Shown: positions 11,872 to 25,360 of the stretch, one piece after another | Numbering within the stretch: position 1 is the first letter of the stretch | How the letters are laid out: each line of letters opens with the position of its first letter | Assembly (NCBI RefSeq): GCF_009914755.1 | Contig: NC_060931.1 | Source of the DNA: the human T2T-CHM13v2.0 reference genome, Homo sapiens | Strand: one strand, 5' to 3' | Length of the DNA: 64,000 bases | Notes under the pieces: generated by a model | Seen by the model: the letters and a program-made list of their open reading frames with translations, nothing else | Database searches by the model: none | Told to the model about the DNA's origin: nothing | Position numbers and translations under genes: made by a program

Positions 11872-12369
11872 TGAACTGTTACTCGAATCTGAGAACCATG
11901 GGCTGCTATGGGAAGGTCGTTAGCAGGGGTGATGGGACCGATCTGCCTCTGCAGTGAGCAGCCTCAGGGAGGAGGGTGGGAGCCAGGGCAGCCCCGCAGA
12001 GGCAGCCTGCAGAGGAGCCTGCTCACCTGCACAGGTGGGAACACCTGGGGACTGACAGTCCCCAAAGGGGAGGGTGGTGGGTGGACAAATTCTTCAGGAA
12101 ACTCCTCGACCTTCTTTTACGCACCCTGCCCACCTTCCCCTCCCTGTATCACAGGCACTTTTCAATCCTTGGGAATCTGTGGCGCTTCACCCCTCTTCCT
12201 TTCACCAGCATGCCTCTTCTAGGAGAGAGTCAGCTTTCTTCCCCAGGCGACCTGCCTCAGCCGGAGGGTCTGGGCCCTGCCAGGCCAAAAAGAGGCAGTG
12301 TCTGGAGAAATGAGGAGAAACAGAAAGCACGAAGGCACAAATTGCTCACAGCAATGCCTTCACAGTCTC

Positions 12370-12492
12370 CACCAGGACACCCTCCAGCCCGCAGCTGACT
12401 CCTTGCTCTGCACCAAGACACCCTCCAGCCCGCGGCCAGCTCCTTGCTCTGCACCAAGACATCCTCAAGCCTGCAGCCAGCTCCTTGCTCTG
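12370..12492. repeat. 41-bp unit x3 tandem repeat
   Basis: CACCA(G/A)GACA(C/T)CCTC...CTCCTTGCTCTG units start at 12370, 12411 and 12452. Confidence 0.95.
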
Positions 12493-14464
12493 GAAAAAAA
12501 GCACCACTTAATGAGACTGACTCCTGCCACTGGAGTGCCCTAACATGACAGGGTTGGAGCTCAGAGGATGAAATACTTCCAACGTGGCCAGATGATTGGC
12601 TCAAAGCATCTAGTCATGTGGCCATCCTTGGATTCTTTTAGAGCAAATGCCCACACAGCACCTTGTTTTCTGAGCTGACTGAAATGTCGATGTCCCCATT
12701 GGTGGCTTTTGCACATGAAGACACAGAAACAGATAGTATCTCCAGCTCATCTGCTCCACTTTATGCCATGCAGCCACCTTCAATAACACAGATAAGACCT
12801 GGTTTGGGGGTTTAGATCCCATAAAGCATTCAATTAATGTGATGTCAACATCAACAGAACGTTAGTCCCATGGAACCAAAGCTTTACAAGATTTCCAGGC
12901 TTCTCCCATCCAGGCGTGAGCAGCAACACCCAGGAGGATGAGAGAGTCCGGGGAAAGGGACAGAGTCAGAGATGCTGCCATTCATGCTTCAGGATTCAGG
13001 AGCAAATGTTGCTTTTAGAGCCAGAAGGTGGGAAGACAGACTGGATACAGAGAAACTTGCTTTCCTAAACAGCTTTAGAAGCAGACGCAAACCTCACGTG
13101 CACATACTCAGCCTCAGTGCTCCCTGCCCCCTGCTGACCACATGTTTCCCTTAGAGGGAAAGTCTGAACAGCCTCCTGAAGACCCACGCCCAGTGCTCTT
13201 CCCCTTTCCCAGTGTTTACACATCTGGTTGTTGATGGAGTCATTACGTTCTTCTGCCTTAGCAAAGGCAAGACCTAACTACTGGCTCATTCTGTCCCCCT
13301 GAATGTGTCTGACTTAAGAGAAAATCACTCATCGTGATAACGGGGGAACTTTCTGGAGGTGAAAAACGATGCACATTCTTCTGTCTCCCCACCCCTCACC
13401 ACTCCAGATATCCAGCAGAAACACCCGAAAGCTGGTCCTAATTGAGCCATTTTCTGAATGCTAGCCTTGGACCGGCTGGGTGAGAGGCAGGCGGAGTGGA
13501 ATGTGAGCTGCGTCATTAGTGGGAATGACAGCTCTCCTGGAAGGCATGATGGAGATGCATTGAGTGTGCAGGTGAAGACGTGTCATTTGCTGCAGGTATA
13601 CATTATGCTTGGCCTGTAGACTATTTGGTAGTAAGTTGAGATTGAGAGGAGTTAAAATACAAGGGAAGGCTAACATAGAAATAGCCATCATTTAAATACA
13701 GGCCCTGGAACATTTTAATGGAACCATCACCGTGGACCTGACCTTCAGATTTAAAATCACCTTTAAGAAAATGCAGGTATTGGCTATAAAAGAGGAAAAA
13801 TGTAAGGTGATTTTCCCTTTCTCCCTTTTTACCTGCCTTCTACATATCACCATTGATAAAAGCTTCCTGAATATCTAAAACTCCCAATAGACACAGATGA
13901 AGTCACTGGGTTATAAGGAAATGATTTGCCCACATGGCAGTTGCGTGGAACTTTGCAGGGGTTTCAGGAAACTTTGTAAAGGAATAAGTTTCATGGGACC
14001 CAAAGTCTGTTTGGTTTTAAGACATGTGAAGCCTTTGGCATGAGGGGCACTCCTGTTTTCACTTCTTTGCCTGTGAGGTGGTATGTGAGGTGGCTTTTTA
14101 AATTCCCTTTTACAGCCGTGGGAACTAAGGCCAAAGGCCACACAATTAGAACAGATAATGTCAGTCCTGGAAATAAACCCTCTCAGTTCGGGTTGAGCAT
14201 TCTGTCTGCCACGCAACCTAACACATAAACACGCATCATGGTTTAATAAATGGCTTACGAAGTTGATTGTGACATTTTTCTTCTAAGAAGTCTCCCACTG
14301 CAAAAACTAAGCATACTTTGAGACAGAGGACATTAAATTCCCTGTCTTTTTTGTGACAAGTAGTTACAATTTCATCTTAACTGACTCCAGGTCATATTTT
14401 GATTACAAAACTAGGAAGCACTAACAAATTACCATATAGGAGTGGAATCAAGATTTGACAAATG

Positions 14465-15800
14465 TGCGATATTAATGTTATTTAAACTGTTTCAGGACAT
14501 AGAAAACTCATTTTATGAAAGCAGCATGACTTTTAATACAAAAACCTATTGATGATAAAAACAATATTAAAAAGTATAAACTAATCTCACTTTAAAATAT
14601 GTGCCAAAATTATAAATATAATATTAGCACTATATTAAGAAAATAACACACCATGACCAAGCAGAATGCAAGACTATATCAACATAAAAAAGGCAATCCA
14701 TATACCATTATCTCAACAAATTAGTCACATCAATAGATACTTCAAAGGTATTTGAAAAATACAGCCATAATTTCTAATGAAAACTTTATGTAAAATACAA
14801 AAAAGGAAAAAACATAAATATCAATTATTTAACAGAAAACAAAAGCAAATGTTACAATACTAAATGTCGAATAACAAAATATTGAAATAATTGAAATTGA
14901 AATCCAGAACTAGAAGATTTGTGTATAATAGCATTACACTTTAACATTATCTTAGAGATTTTTAGTGAATTCAATAAGACAAGAAAGTGAATTAACTTGT
15001 ATAGACGTTGGGAAAAGTAGAAATGAAGTCATATCTGGTTGCTGAATTTGCTGAAGATTGATTGATTGTATACCGGAATCCCGAAGAAGTTACATTGAAA
15101 CAAAAACTACTAGAATTAATTTGAAAGCTTAGTAAGTTGGCATATATATGTTAATCATACAAAGAGAAAAGTTCTACAGTTTTTTGGAAGGAGCAGTGGG
15201 GACAATATGGCAGGCTACATTAAAATTAAAAATACATTTGCTCTTTGACCCAGAGATTCTTCCTTGAGAACTTCTCACAGAGGAAAGACTTTGTCATGTC
15301 AGGACTTATATTCTAGAATGTTTATTGCAATATTCTTCACAGCAGAAAAAAAATCTAGGAAGAAAGAGAAGTCTGTCAATAGAGGAATTGTTGGCTGGGT
15401 GCAGTGGCTTACACCTGTAATCCCAGCACTTTGTGAGGCCAAGGTGGGAAGATCACTTGAGACCAGGAGTTGGAGACCAGTCTGAGCAATGTAGTGAGAC
15501 CCTGTCTTTACAAGAATAATGGAGGAAATGTTAAATTAATGATAGCACCCACCCTATGGAATAGAAAGCAACCATTAAATTAATAAACCAGAGGTAAGCA
15601 GAGTCACTTGGTGAGATCTCCATACGGAGTCACTGAGTGAAGCAGGAAAGTGTATGATGTAATCCAGTCTTTGCACAACAATGATTGCCTGTCAGATGTA
15701 GTCATCAGAGTACAGCATGAGAATGGAAGGGAGACTACTGGGTTGTTACCACAGTTACTGAAGGATAGTGAAGTATGATGAGTAGAGGCAAATGAGGAGA
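14465..15800 (+). mobile_element. old L1 (L1M/L1ME) ORF2 and 3' fragments, interrupted by an Alu monomer
   Basis: A-rich; aactcattttatgaa, acaccatgaccaag, tcacatcaatagat, caataagacaagaaa, ctttgacccag...aatgtttattgca typical of degraded L1. Confidence 0.7.
15393..15520 (+). mobile_element. Alu left monomer (FLAM_C/AluJ-like)
   Basis: ggctgggtgcagtggcttacacctgtaatcccagc...gatcacttgagaccaggag...gtgagaccctgtct, then ends. Confidence 0.85.
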
Positions 15801-15959
15801 AGTCAAGCTTAAAAAGAAAAAGGGAAAGAAACCACTATAAAGAAAATAACATACCAGAGAATCACATTTTTGCATTCACAAAATTATATATTGCACATAT
15901 GAGCATATGTGTATGATTCAATAGAAATTAAATTTAGAAGTTAGCGAAACAATGACCAA

Positions 15960-16380
15960 CTCCAAATTGATATTCCATCTCCACTTGGATGTCCAATAGC
16001 AATCTGTTTGAAAAAAAACATGTCAAAAATGGAATCCTTTATTTTTCATGCAAATATGCTCTTCTCGAAGTTGGTACCATCCCAGTAACAGGCACCACCT
16101 TCCATCCACTGGCTGAAGCCAGAACTCTAGGAGTTGTTCTTATGTTCACTCTTTCCTTCACACCCCACATCCAGCAACCTTGTGAACTGTCCTGCCAAAA
16201 CTTATCTATTTTTCTGCTTCTCTCTCTTTTTATTGCTGCAACCACCCCGATCTTCCTGTGCTGTTACAGTAGCTTCCTAAATGGCTTTCAGCTTCTAAAT
16301 GTCCCCTGTGATAAGCTATTCTCCACACAGGATTCAGAATAGTCTTTTAAAACTGTAAACAGGATTGTGTTTTTCATTTA
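15960..16380 (+). mobile_element. L2 LINE fragment
   Basis: catctccacttggatgtccaatagc...aacatgtcaaaaa...ggcaccacc...ccagaactctaggagt...cacaccccacatcca (L2 RT C-terminal region). Confidence 0.8.
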
Positions 16381-16419
16381 CTTTACCATTGGATGTGTTC
16401 ACATTGCACAGGATTTTTG

Positions 16420-16915
16420 GTTTTTGTTTTAGATAATTTTATTGAAGTATCACATACATACCTAAAGTGCCCAAATTTCAATTGTACAGCTCAGCAAATT
16501 CTTGCCAAGCTATTACATCTGTGTAACTACCACCCAGATCAAGATGTAGGCTGTTACAACATCCCTCTTTCAAGATGCAATCCCATTGTCTTCCTCGTTC
16601 CATCATTTCCATTGAAACGTCAGCGATTTCTAATCTTATTGCTTGTTTAAAAGCAATACTTATTTTCTCTGCTTTCTATTAAGAGTTATTTTTGTCCCAA
16701 TTTTTCAGCACTTTGACTCTGATGTACAGAGTGTGATTGTCTTTATTTCTTTCCTGCTAATATTTTTTAGGGCTTCATGAATCTGTGACTTGTTGCCATC
16801 CATCAATTTTGGAAAATTCTTGGCCAATCTCTCTTCAAATACTGCTTATTCCCCTAATCTCTCTTTTCTATCCTTCTTAGACTCTAGTTACTTACACATT
16901 AGATCTTTTTGTCAC
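16420..16915 (-). mobile_element. old L1 fragments (L1ME-type 3' end and body)
   Basis: ttttattgaagtat...tgtacagctca...tgtaactaccacccagatcaagat; catcaattttggaaaattcttggcca...tctcttcaaatactg. Confidence 0.7.
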
Positions 16916-16917
16916 CT

Positions 16918-17328
16918 CTGTGGCCGCCATGGAGGTGTGCTTCTTGGATCTCCTTTCAAAAGAAGGACTTGCAATTCATCCAAAATGAATGCATTTAGTT
17001 GACAGGCCCTAGTTCAGTGTCTCCGGGATCCACTTCAGCTTTCAGTCTACCATCACGCTCTTCCTTCCAAGTCCTCTGCTGATGACCAGCCATTTCTACC
17101 TAATGCAGGATTCCTCTAAAGGGAAATCTTTGCTCTTATGCTCCCTTTAGGATTGGCCAAGACTTTGTCAGGCCTGCAGCTCTCCCTGTCCAAATCCTTC
17201 TTACTCCCACCCCACTTAATTTTATGGGATTCATACATGCATCCTGGTCCTATTCTGCTTCCTCTGTCTTTTGTATTTCATGGGAATCATCCTCAAAACA
17301 ATTGCATGCACTCCCAATTTTGTTTGCT
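16918..17328 (+). mobile_element. LTR33-like ERVL solo LTR
   Basis: tgtggccgccatggaggtgtgc...gatctcctttcaa...gccatttct...tcctctaaagggaaatctttgctct...ttggccaagactttgtcag match the recalled LTR33. Confidence 0.7.
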
Positions 17329-17356
17329 TAACCCTAACCCTCACCCTAACCCTAAC
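17329..17356. repeat. short telomere-type (TAACCC)n array
   Basis: TAACCC TAACCC TCACCC TAACCC TAAC. Confidence 0.85.
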
Positions 17357-17450
17357 GGATACAATGTTTTGTATTAATAATTGTCAAATTTTCTGAGGAG
17401 AAATAGTGCTGGGAAATGTTGGGCTTGCCTCAATTTTAGTTTATCTTTTT

Positions 17451-17550
17451 AAGGCTAGTCAAGTGAAGCTGTGGGAGTGGAGAAGGAACAAAGAAATCTG
17501 TAACTGGTTGTGATCAATTAGGTGTAAACACCACTGCACTCAGACCAGCA
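17451..17550 (-). pseudogene. hY3 Y-RNA processed pseudogene (RNY3-derived)
   Basis: Reverse complement TGCTGGTCTGAGTGCAGTGGTGTTTACACCTAATTGATCACAACCAGTTACAGATTTCTTTGTTCCTTCTCCACTCCCACAGCTTCACTTGACTAGCCTT is about 4 substitutions from recalled hY3; short A-tail; TSD core CCTCAATTTTA at 17428-17438 and 17560-17570. Confidence 0.95.
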
Positions 17551-18028
17551 GAGCGCTCACCTCAATTTTATGTGGATTCTTTAAGGATGTTGGCTGTTTA
17601 GCCTTGCCTATCTTAACTATTTCCTGATGCCTGCCCACAGATGTTTTGTATGTACATATTGTATAGTTGTCCTTAGTGGGAGGATAGCCTAAAACCAGTT
17701 ATTCCACCATAGCTAGAAGTGAAAATCCTTCCCACCAGGGCTTGAGACCTCTTCTTGTTAACTTGAGTTGGTATTCAGCAGCCAATCTTAGGAGCTCCCT
17801 CTTAAATTGATGTAGGAATTTTAAAAACGGATATCCTTGTAGTCTATGACAGTTGAAGAAATCTTTAAGTAGAAAGTAGACCTTCCTTCCCAAAGGGAAG
17901 CCTTGGCTCAAATACCACTATATTAATTTATTTTAGAACTCATATTCCTCATCCATAAAGCTATTTTCCCTAAATTCCAAGAATCTCTTTCTCTACTGAA
18001 CTTTCACTCATTAATTCATTTTACTCAG

Positions 18029-18384
18029 TGCTATGGTCTGAATGTTTTTGTCTCCCCCAAATTCCTAAGTTGACACCTAATCACCAATGTGATGGTGTTA
18101 GGAGATGGGACCTTTGAGAGAAGATTAGATCGTGAGGGTGGGGCCCTCATGAATGTGATTAGTGCCTTTATAAAGACTCCATGGAGATTCCTCACCCCTG
18201 CCATCATGTAAGGACACAGGGAGAAGGTGCTGTCTATGAGCCAGAAAGCAGGCCCTCACCAGACACCACATCTGCGTTGACCTTGAACATCCAAGCCTCC
18301 AGAACTGTGAAAAATAAATTTCTGTTGCTTATAAGCTACACAACTAACAGTATTTTGTTATAGCTGCCCAAATAGACTAAGACA
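18029..18384 (+). mobile_element. MLT1A0-like ERVL-MaLR solo LTR
   Basis: TGCTATGGTCTGAATGT...gccctcatgaatg...ggccctcaccagacacc...aataaatttctgttg...GACTAAGACA; TG...CA termini; sits inside an antisense L2 3' end. Confidence 0.9.
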
Positions 18385-19099
18385 CTATGGAAATATTTAC
18401 TGAGTATCTACACTGGCTTGGACTCTCCACTGGGAAAGACATAAGCCTCATGAGTGAGTCCCTGCCTTGACTAGCTCACAGTCTAGTGAAGAAAACATAA
18501 AGGTTGACATCGTAACACACAAAGTCCTGGAACAGAGTTGGGATTACCAATGCATTGGCTACTGATGCAGTGGAATAGGGGTGAGGGATTTGAGGAAACT
18601 TTGGACTACTTAAATGCAGTACCGACAGCATGGCTTGGTACTGTTTACTATGAATATTCCAAATATAAGTTGGAGACCACACAAGAAGTGGGGACATCCT
18701 GCACTATCTACAGTAAGCCAATCAGCATAGCACAGCTCCACTCAACCCACAAGTGTCATGTGTGTGTCTGAGCCTGAAGTCCTTCATGTCACTCTACACG
18801 TGTGACTCCTGGCAGCAGGCTGCTCAGCTGTGGGCTTGCCTACCTGGGCACTGAGCCCTGGGGTGCCCTCCAGCAACACTGCAGTCCCCAGGGGGTGCTG
18901 GGCTTTGACAAGGCAACATCGGCAACATCTGAAACTTGATTTTTATAAAACATATTCTTTTGCTCATAATTCCCCTTTAAAGGAGATGCACAGATAGTTA
19001 AACCAGGGAGATCAGCATTCTCTTCTTTTATCCTGGAATTCATTGTTCTTCAGATAAAAAGAAATGGGCCACTGAATATGAGCAGAATTGCTTGCCGTA

Positions 19100-19340
19100 T
19101 TACGATTGTGAGCAGAGTCTAGTCAGACTGCCTGGGTTCCAGAGTGGGTTCCAGACTCTACCACTTCCTAGCCCTGTGTCTTCAGGCAATTACTCCCATG
19201 CCTCAGTTTCCTTACCTACAACATAGCACTTTTAATAGCACTTATCTCAGAGAGCTGCCATGAAGATTAAATTATTATAAAGTGGCAGTTAGAATAGTGC
19301 CTGGCACATCTAAACACTGAATGGATGATTGATACTATTA
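19100..19340 (+). mobile_element. MIR SINE
   Basis: agtcagactgcctgggttc...ctctaccactt...tgcctcagtttcctt...tgaagattaaat...tagaatagtgcctggcaca. Confidence 0.85.
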
Positions 19341-20598
19341 GGACTATTATTAATATTACTAAGAAAGAGCATTTATGTGCTTGGAGGCATTACTGCAATA
19401 ATAACCACTTCTAATTAATAGTCACTGATAAAAACTATCCAGTGATAGAATTTTCTTAAATGCATGTGGTATTTTCTATGAAAAATAAAGGAGTTTGATT
19501 TAAGCAATAGGACATTATACAATTCCAAAAACTCCCTGCAAGATCCCTCTAAATGTCACTTTGCTGAACCACGTCCTCCTCCACTCACCCCACTGGCTGT
19601 GTCTCCTGCTTCAGCAATCGAGGGCACATGTGCCCACAACGCAGCATCAGAGATAATGGCCACATAAAACCTAGATGTGCAAGGATATCGTGAAAGATTT
19701 TTGGCAAAGTCATTGTTCACATTCACTGAAAAACACTAGAACTTTCAGAAGTCACTTGGGGGACAGAACACTCAAGAGACTCTTTAGACAAAAGCGGTTC
19801 ATATCCTACCCTGAGCCCTGGCAGTGGTAGAAGTTTCATGCTCAGTCCACCCAAAATCTTGAATGTTGGAGTCATCAGGAAACCGACTGTCTTTAGAGGA
19901 AATCTTATAAGGAATCCCCACATAGGAAGCAGGTAACAGCAGAGACACTCAGGTAGATTTAAGATAGAATCCTCGGAATGTGTCCCTGTAGTCCACCCAC
20001 ACTTCCAAACTCCAAGACTCTCCTGCGTATTCACCCCTTGGATATTCAGGGGTACATTTTGAAAACCATGAAGATAATTACTTAAAAGCCTTTCATCAAC
20101 CATAAAATGCGCCTTCACATAAGGTCTTCTGTGTTATAAATCATCGCAGTTGCATTACCAGTGGTGTTGTTACCTAATGTGACACAATTAGTGGCATAGC
20201 CATATTTTTAAACGGCATAGTTCTGACTATGTCAATTATCAAATGGATGGCTATTGGAGGTCGCAACTTACTTTTTGAGACTCAAGAGAAGAAAGAATTG
20301 CTTGGCTTATGCCTCTGGTGCCAATCGTCCCCTCTGTCACTCTGCTGCAGCGAGCACCTTTGCTGCTTTAAGTTGGTGAATGAATAAATCCAAATTGTGT
20401 GAATATTAGTGTGTCCGGGATGAACAACACAGGAATTGAGACAAGAGCCTATCCAGTGGATATTCTAGGAAAGTTGGGAGTTTCCCAGGAAAAAGCCTTA
20501 CAGCCAGGAACTTCTCTACTCAGATTTACAGATTAAGTATCTGGGTAGAGACACAGTCAGGAATTTTAACGTTTGCCTACAATAAACCAAAAATAAAA

Positions 20599-20902
<304 letters not shown>

Positions 20903-23561
20903 CAATTCCAGAAATGGTATTTCTAATTTTTCAAAAGCAGTTCCAATCATGTGTCATAAGACAGGTTCACTAAGAATCAGCCCCCAGAAGTTCTGACCTT
21001 TGCTACTGCAGTGGCCTTGAGGCTACTCCACACTCGCATGGCGCCCTCAGCCTGGCCAGCACCCCTGCTGCCCTGAGTGGCTTATCAATGTGGAGAAAAA
21101 CCATATTCCCACCTGTGATAATCATGCTCTTCTTAGCATGTAACTGCTGTGCTTGCCCATTTACCACCAAAGCTGGGCACAGTTCCAACAGATGCCCCAG
21201 GGATTCATCTTCAAGCCAACGAGTTCTCCATCAGGTTGATGGCACTGGGATGGACCAGTTACTGCCATGATCTTGTGCCTCCTGCCGACTTTCTTTGGTG
21301 AGATGTGGCTTTCATCCAAGGAGATATGATGGCATGTTTTGTGTTAGCGGATCCAGCCTTATGTTAGCCTGCAGGTAGGGAAGACAGTCTTATCCTATCC
21401 CTGTAATGTGTGTCCATCCCAGTCCAGATGAATCACTGCCCCTCTCCTCCAGAAGGAATCCAGTGCAGTCAACTTGCCACTGAGTGGCTGGTAAGTGTCC
21501 TCAAGATATGGAGCCTTTTTGGGGGGTGAAGCATGGGTTTCTGTTGCTGATGTGGTGTGTTGGTTGTACCAGAAGCCTGGGACCCAATGCATGACTCCCA
21601 CCCTTGCCAACAGCATTACCCTGTTCAGGTGCCATTGGGCCAGCATTGTGGTTTTGTGTCTTCTTTAGGTTTTAGTGCCTCCTCCCTGATGGGCATCGTT
21701 TGTTGAATACTAATATTCCACACAAAGATACTTGCACTTCTTGCCCACTCCATATGTCCAGCCACAAGCCAAGATTTCCTTGTCCCCAGTATTCGAGCTT
21801 CACCCCTTCCAAGCCCCTGACTAGCCAGCCAGACTGTTTGCCATTGCCCAGGTGTCTTTTCATTTTCTCAAAATTTATTCTTACTTTGAGCTGCTTCTTG
21901 TTCCACATCAAGTGGACGGCCATGGACTCCCCGCAGCCTCGCCCACTGGGAGGACATTCCTGGCCAGGTCATGCAACATCACTCAGGCAGAAGACCCAAG
22001 TGCAGTGCTCAGGTACTTTTGGGTGGCACCTACATATCGGGATCAAAGCAACCCATTCATAAAGCGAGTGCTCAGGCCTTTCCTCCCCACCAGCTGGTTG
22101 TACATGACCCTCCACGTGGCGCTAAGCATGGGATGAGGGAGTGGTGGTGTTGGAACAGTCGTGAAAGTCCCAGGACCCCAGCTCCCTGCCTGTGCAGCCT
22201 GCTTGTGCCCTGTGGTTCTTCACGTGCACGATCCACATGATGGATCGCTGGGCTCACGCGAATCTTTGATGTGGTGGGTCTGTGACCTGCAGTTGTCTCT
22301 GCGAGGTCAGTCTGTGTCTAATGGCCAGGTGCTCTGTTTCCACTGGAACCCAGTAGAACACCAGGAACTGTTTGTCAACAGGCATGTAATTCTCTGCTGC
22401 AGAGGGCATGGCCTTCTTGGAATCCTAGGGGATTGCCTGAGATTCTCCCATTGCGTCTTCTCCCAGCAATGACATCTCTAATGCCATGGGAGCTGCCAAG
22501 TTCTCGGTTGCTTGTACCACAGCCTGGGCATGCAGAATAGCTGTTTCCTGCTCTGGGCTCCACAGAAAACTGGTGCGGGGAGCACCGCTCACAGGTACAG
22601 TCTATGCTGCCTGTGGAATCCTAGGAGGCCTACTACACACTGCACTTGCTTCCTTGTGGCAGGATGGAGTGTTTATTCTTTACTTTAAATGGGACACTCA
22701 GCATGTCCTTGGCCATTGAACTGCCTAACATTTTATGCTGCAGCAGGCATGGAAATTTTTGCACCCTTTATCTTGTCATGATACTGCCTGTGGCCCAGGA
22801 GCTGCAATGGGGCCACTACTCAGCCAGGCCTGTGGTCAGGGCCATCTACTGTCAGCTTCCAGCCTCTGTCTGGTTTTGCAGGGAAGGGACTGGGGAATTA
22901 AATGGAGATAAGCCGGGGCCACCATGCTCGCATGCTTTCCATCTTTACGAGTGGCACTGATTTTCACCATCTCCACTGGGAAACAATACTATTTTTATTT
23001 ACTGCTTAGCCAGGTCAGGAAGTCACTGGACATTTTTGAGTCTTCCACTTGAAGTTCCTCAGAGGGGAAGCGAAGCAGCCAAGTGTGCCTGGTCCCCTTG
23101 TACATTGGGGCTGGGAATATGGCTTTGAGGCAGGCCTGTGGACCCGGGGGTCCAGGTGAGCCAGTCCTCGGCCAGGACACCATGTGTTGCCTGATCCCCT
23201 CCCGCTATTCTAACACAGACAACACTTCAGTCTCTGGGTGCAAAATATCTCCCCTGGCTGTGCCTGCTGGAAGTTGTCACATCCTTGCTATTCCTCTTTC
23301 CTCAGGGTGTGACCGCCTGGGCAAATGGCTGCAGAGCCCTGTGGGATGTGTTGGAATCATTGTTAGGAACATCTGCTGGGTTACCGGAGGCCTCTTTCAG
23401 GGACCCACTCTCTTCTTCTGTCCATGGGCTCAGGCCCAGAAACGAGGAGAGAAGCTATGATGCTTGCTTGGAAGACCTACGCCCAGCCACCCTGGATTTC
23501 ATCTGATAGCACAAACTGTGTGGCTCCTCCTTGGCTCTCCATTTATTTTCTATTTAAATAC

Positions 23562-23859
<298 letters not shown>

Positions 23860-24114
23860 TAAATACTACATTTCTTTGAAAATATACGTGTTTCTCTAAA
23901 ACCGCTCTCTGTAGTTCAGGCCCTGAGCTACCCCTCCAAACGGGCCGCTAGTAACAAAAATGCCTGAGTGCTGCCGTTTGGCTTCTGTCGCTTCTGGTTG
24001 CGTCGTTGCTATCAGCATGTCTAGCTCCGTGATGGGCTTCTTTCCGCCAGGGCAGACCTACTGAGAACGGTCACCAAGGAGCTTCTCGGAGATTCCTACG
24101 TCCAATCCCCAATA

Positions 24115-24330
24115 CATTCCCTATGGGCATTTATAGTTTTTCAGGGAACTTGTTCCTACCATCTAAGTGTTGTTAAGTTTGTTGGCATAAACCTTTTCAT
24201 AATATTCCCTCTTTATCCCCTTAATTCCCTAGGATCTGTAGTGATAATCCTTCTTTTATTCCTGATCCTGGGAATTTATTTTTTGATCAGTGCAGGGAGG
24301 GGTTTATCAACATGGTTTATCTTTGCCAGA
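24115..24330 (-). mobile_element. L1M ORF2 fragment nested in ERV gag
   Basis: catctaagt...gttggcataa...ttcataatattcc...ggatctgtagtgata...tttattcctgat...ggtttatcaa typical of antisense L1. Confidence 0.7.
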
Positions 24331-24603
24331 CTCTTGCTTGCCCAACTTCGGGTCCTGAATTTCCCTTTGATCCAGCCCCCAGGTATCCATGTCCACATCT
24401 CCTCTTCTAGCCTCTGCTGGCCCTGCTGACTCAGCTCTCGGCTGTGCTGCTGAGTCATGCGCTTCCTCCCTTCCGAGGCCCAGCACCTTCATGGCTGGGA
24501 TATGCTGAGCCTGGATCCTAGCTACTGGTCCAGGGCCTAGGAGAAAAAGAGGGAGGGTTCCTAGGGGATGCTGTGCAATTGGAGGGAGATAAGATTCTCT
24601 CTA

Positions 24604-25005
24604 TATATTAGTCTGTTCTCACACTGCTAATAAAGACTGGGTAATTTATAAAGGAAAGAGGTTTAATGGACTCACAGTTCCACATGACTGGGGAGGCCTC
24701 ACAATCATGGTGGAACGCTAAGGAGGAGCAAAAGCACATCTTACATGGAGGCAGGCAAGAGGGTGTGTGTAGGGGAACTGGCAGGAGGGTGTGTGTAGGG
24801 GAACTGGCAGGAGGGTGTGTGTAGGGGAACTGCCCTTTATAAAACCATCAGATCTTATGAAACGTATTCACTATCACAAGAACAGCATGGGAAAGACCCA
24901 CCCTGTGATTAAATTACCTCCCACCAGGTCCCACGTGTCACGTGGGAATTATGGGAGCTACAATTCAAGGTGAGATTTGTGTGGGGACACAGCCAGACCC
25001 TATCA
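24604..25005 (-). mobile_element. THE1 (THE1C/D-like) MaLR solo LTR nested in ERV
   Basis: tattagtctgttctcacactgct...aaagaggtttaatggactcacagttccacat...aaaaccatcagatct...ggggacacagccagaccctatca; TSD-like CTCTA/CTCTG. Confidence 0.95.
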
Positions 25006-25360
25006 CTCTGTGTGCTTCCCAGGAGGCCTTGCAGCACTCACACTGCACCTCCAGGCTTTCATTGGCTGCCTCTGACACCTCTGTGACTCCCAGCAGAAGT
25101 CATCCAGTTCCATGCCCCTTACCATTACTCCTGCCCCAGCACCTCTCACACGCCTGAGATGTGGCACTTATGGTTCTCTTCCATGGTGCTTCACCCCAGT
25201 TCACCCTGGTGCAGTTTTAGCAATGCCCCCCTGCATGTCAGGGCCATCAGCACCTCATCCACCACCAATGGTGCATTCTCACTTCCAGCTGGCCAGCAGG
25301 AGATCCAATACCAAAATCCCAGTTTAGAGTCTGTGACCTACGACTGCCCCGCCCATGAAT

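Noticed and set aside
12370-12492. CRISPR-like repeat array (also 42384, 50410, 51442)
   Set aside because: Head-to-tail units without unique spacers, no cas genes, eukaryotic context.
17451-17550. Functional RNY3 gene
   Set aside because: Has TSD and A-tail, lacks a T-run terminator and evident upstream PSE/TATA, and carries substitutions at G1 and C9.
24680-24700. PRDM9 hotspot motif in THE1
   Set aside because: Reads CCTCCCAGTCATG on the minus strand, not CCTCCCTNNCCAC.
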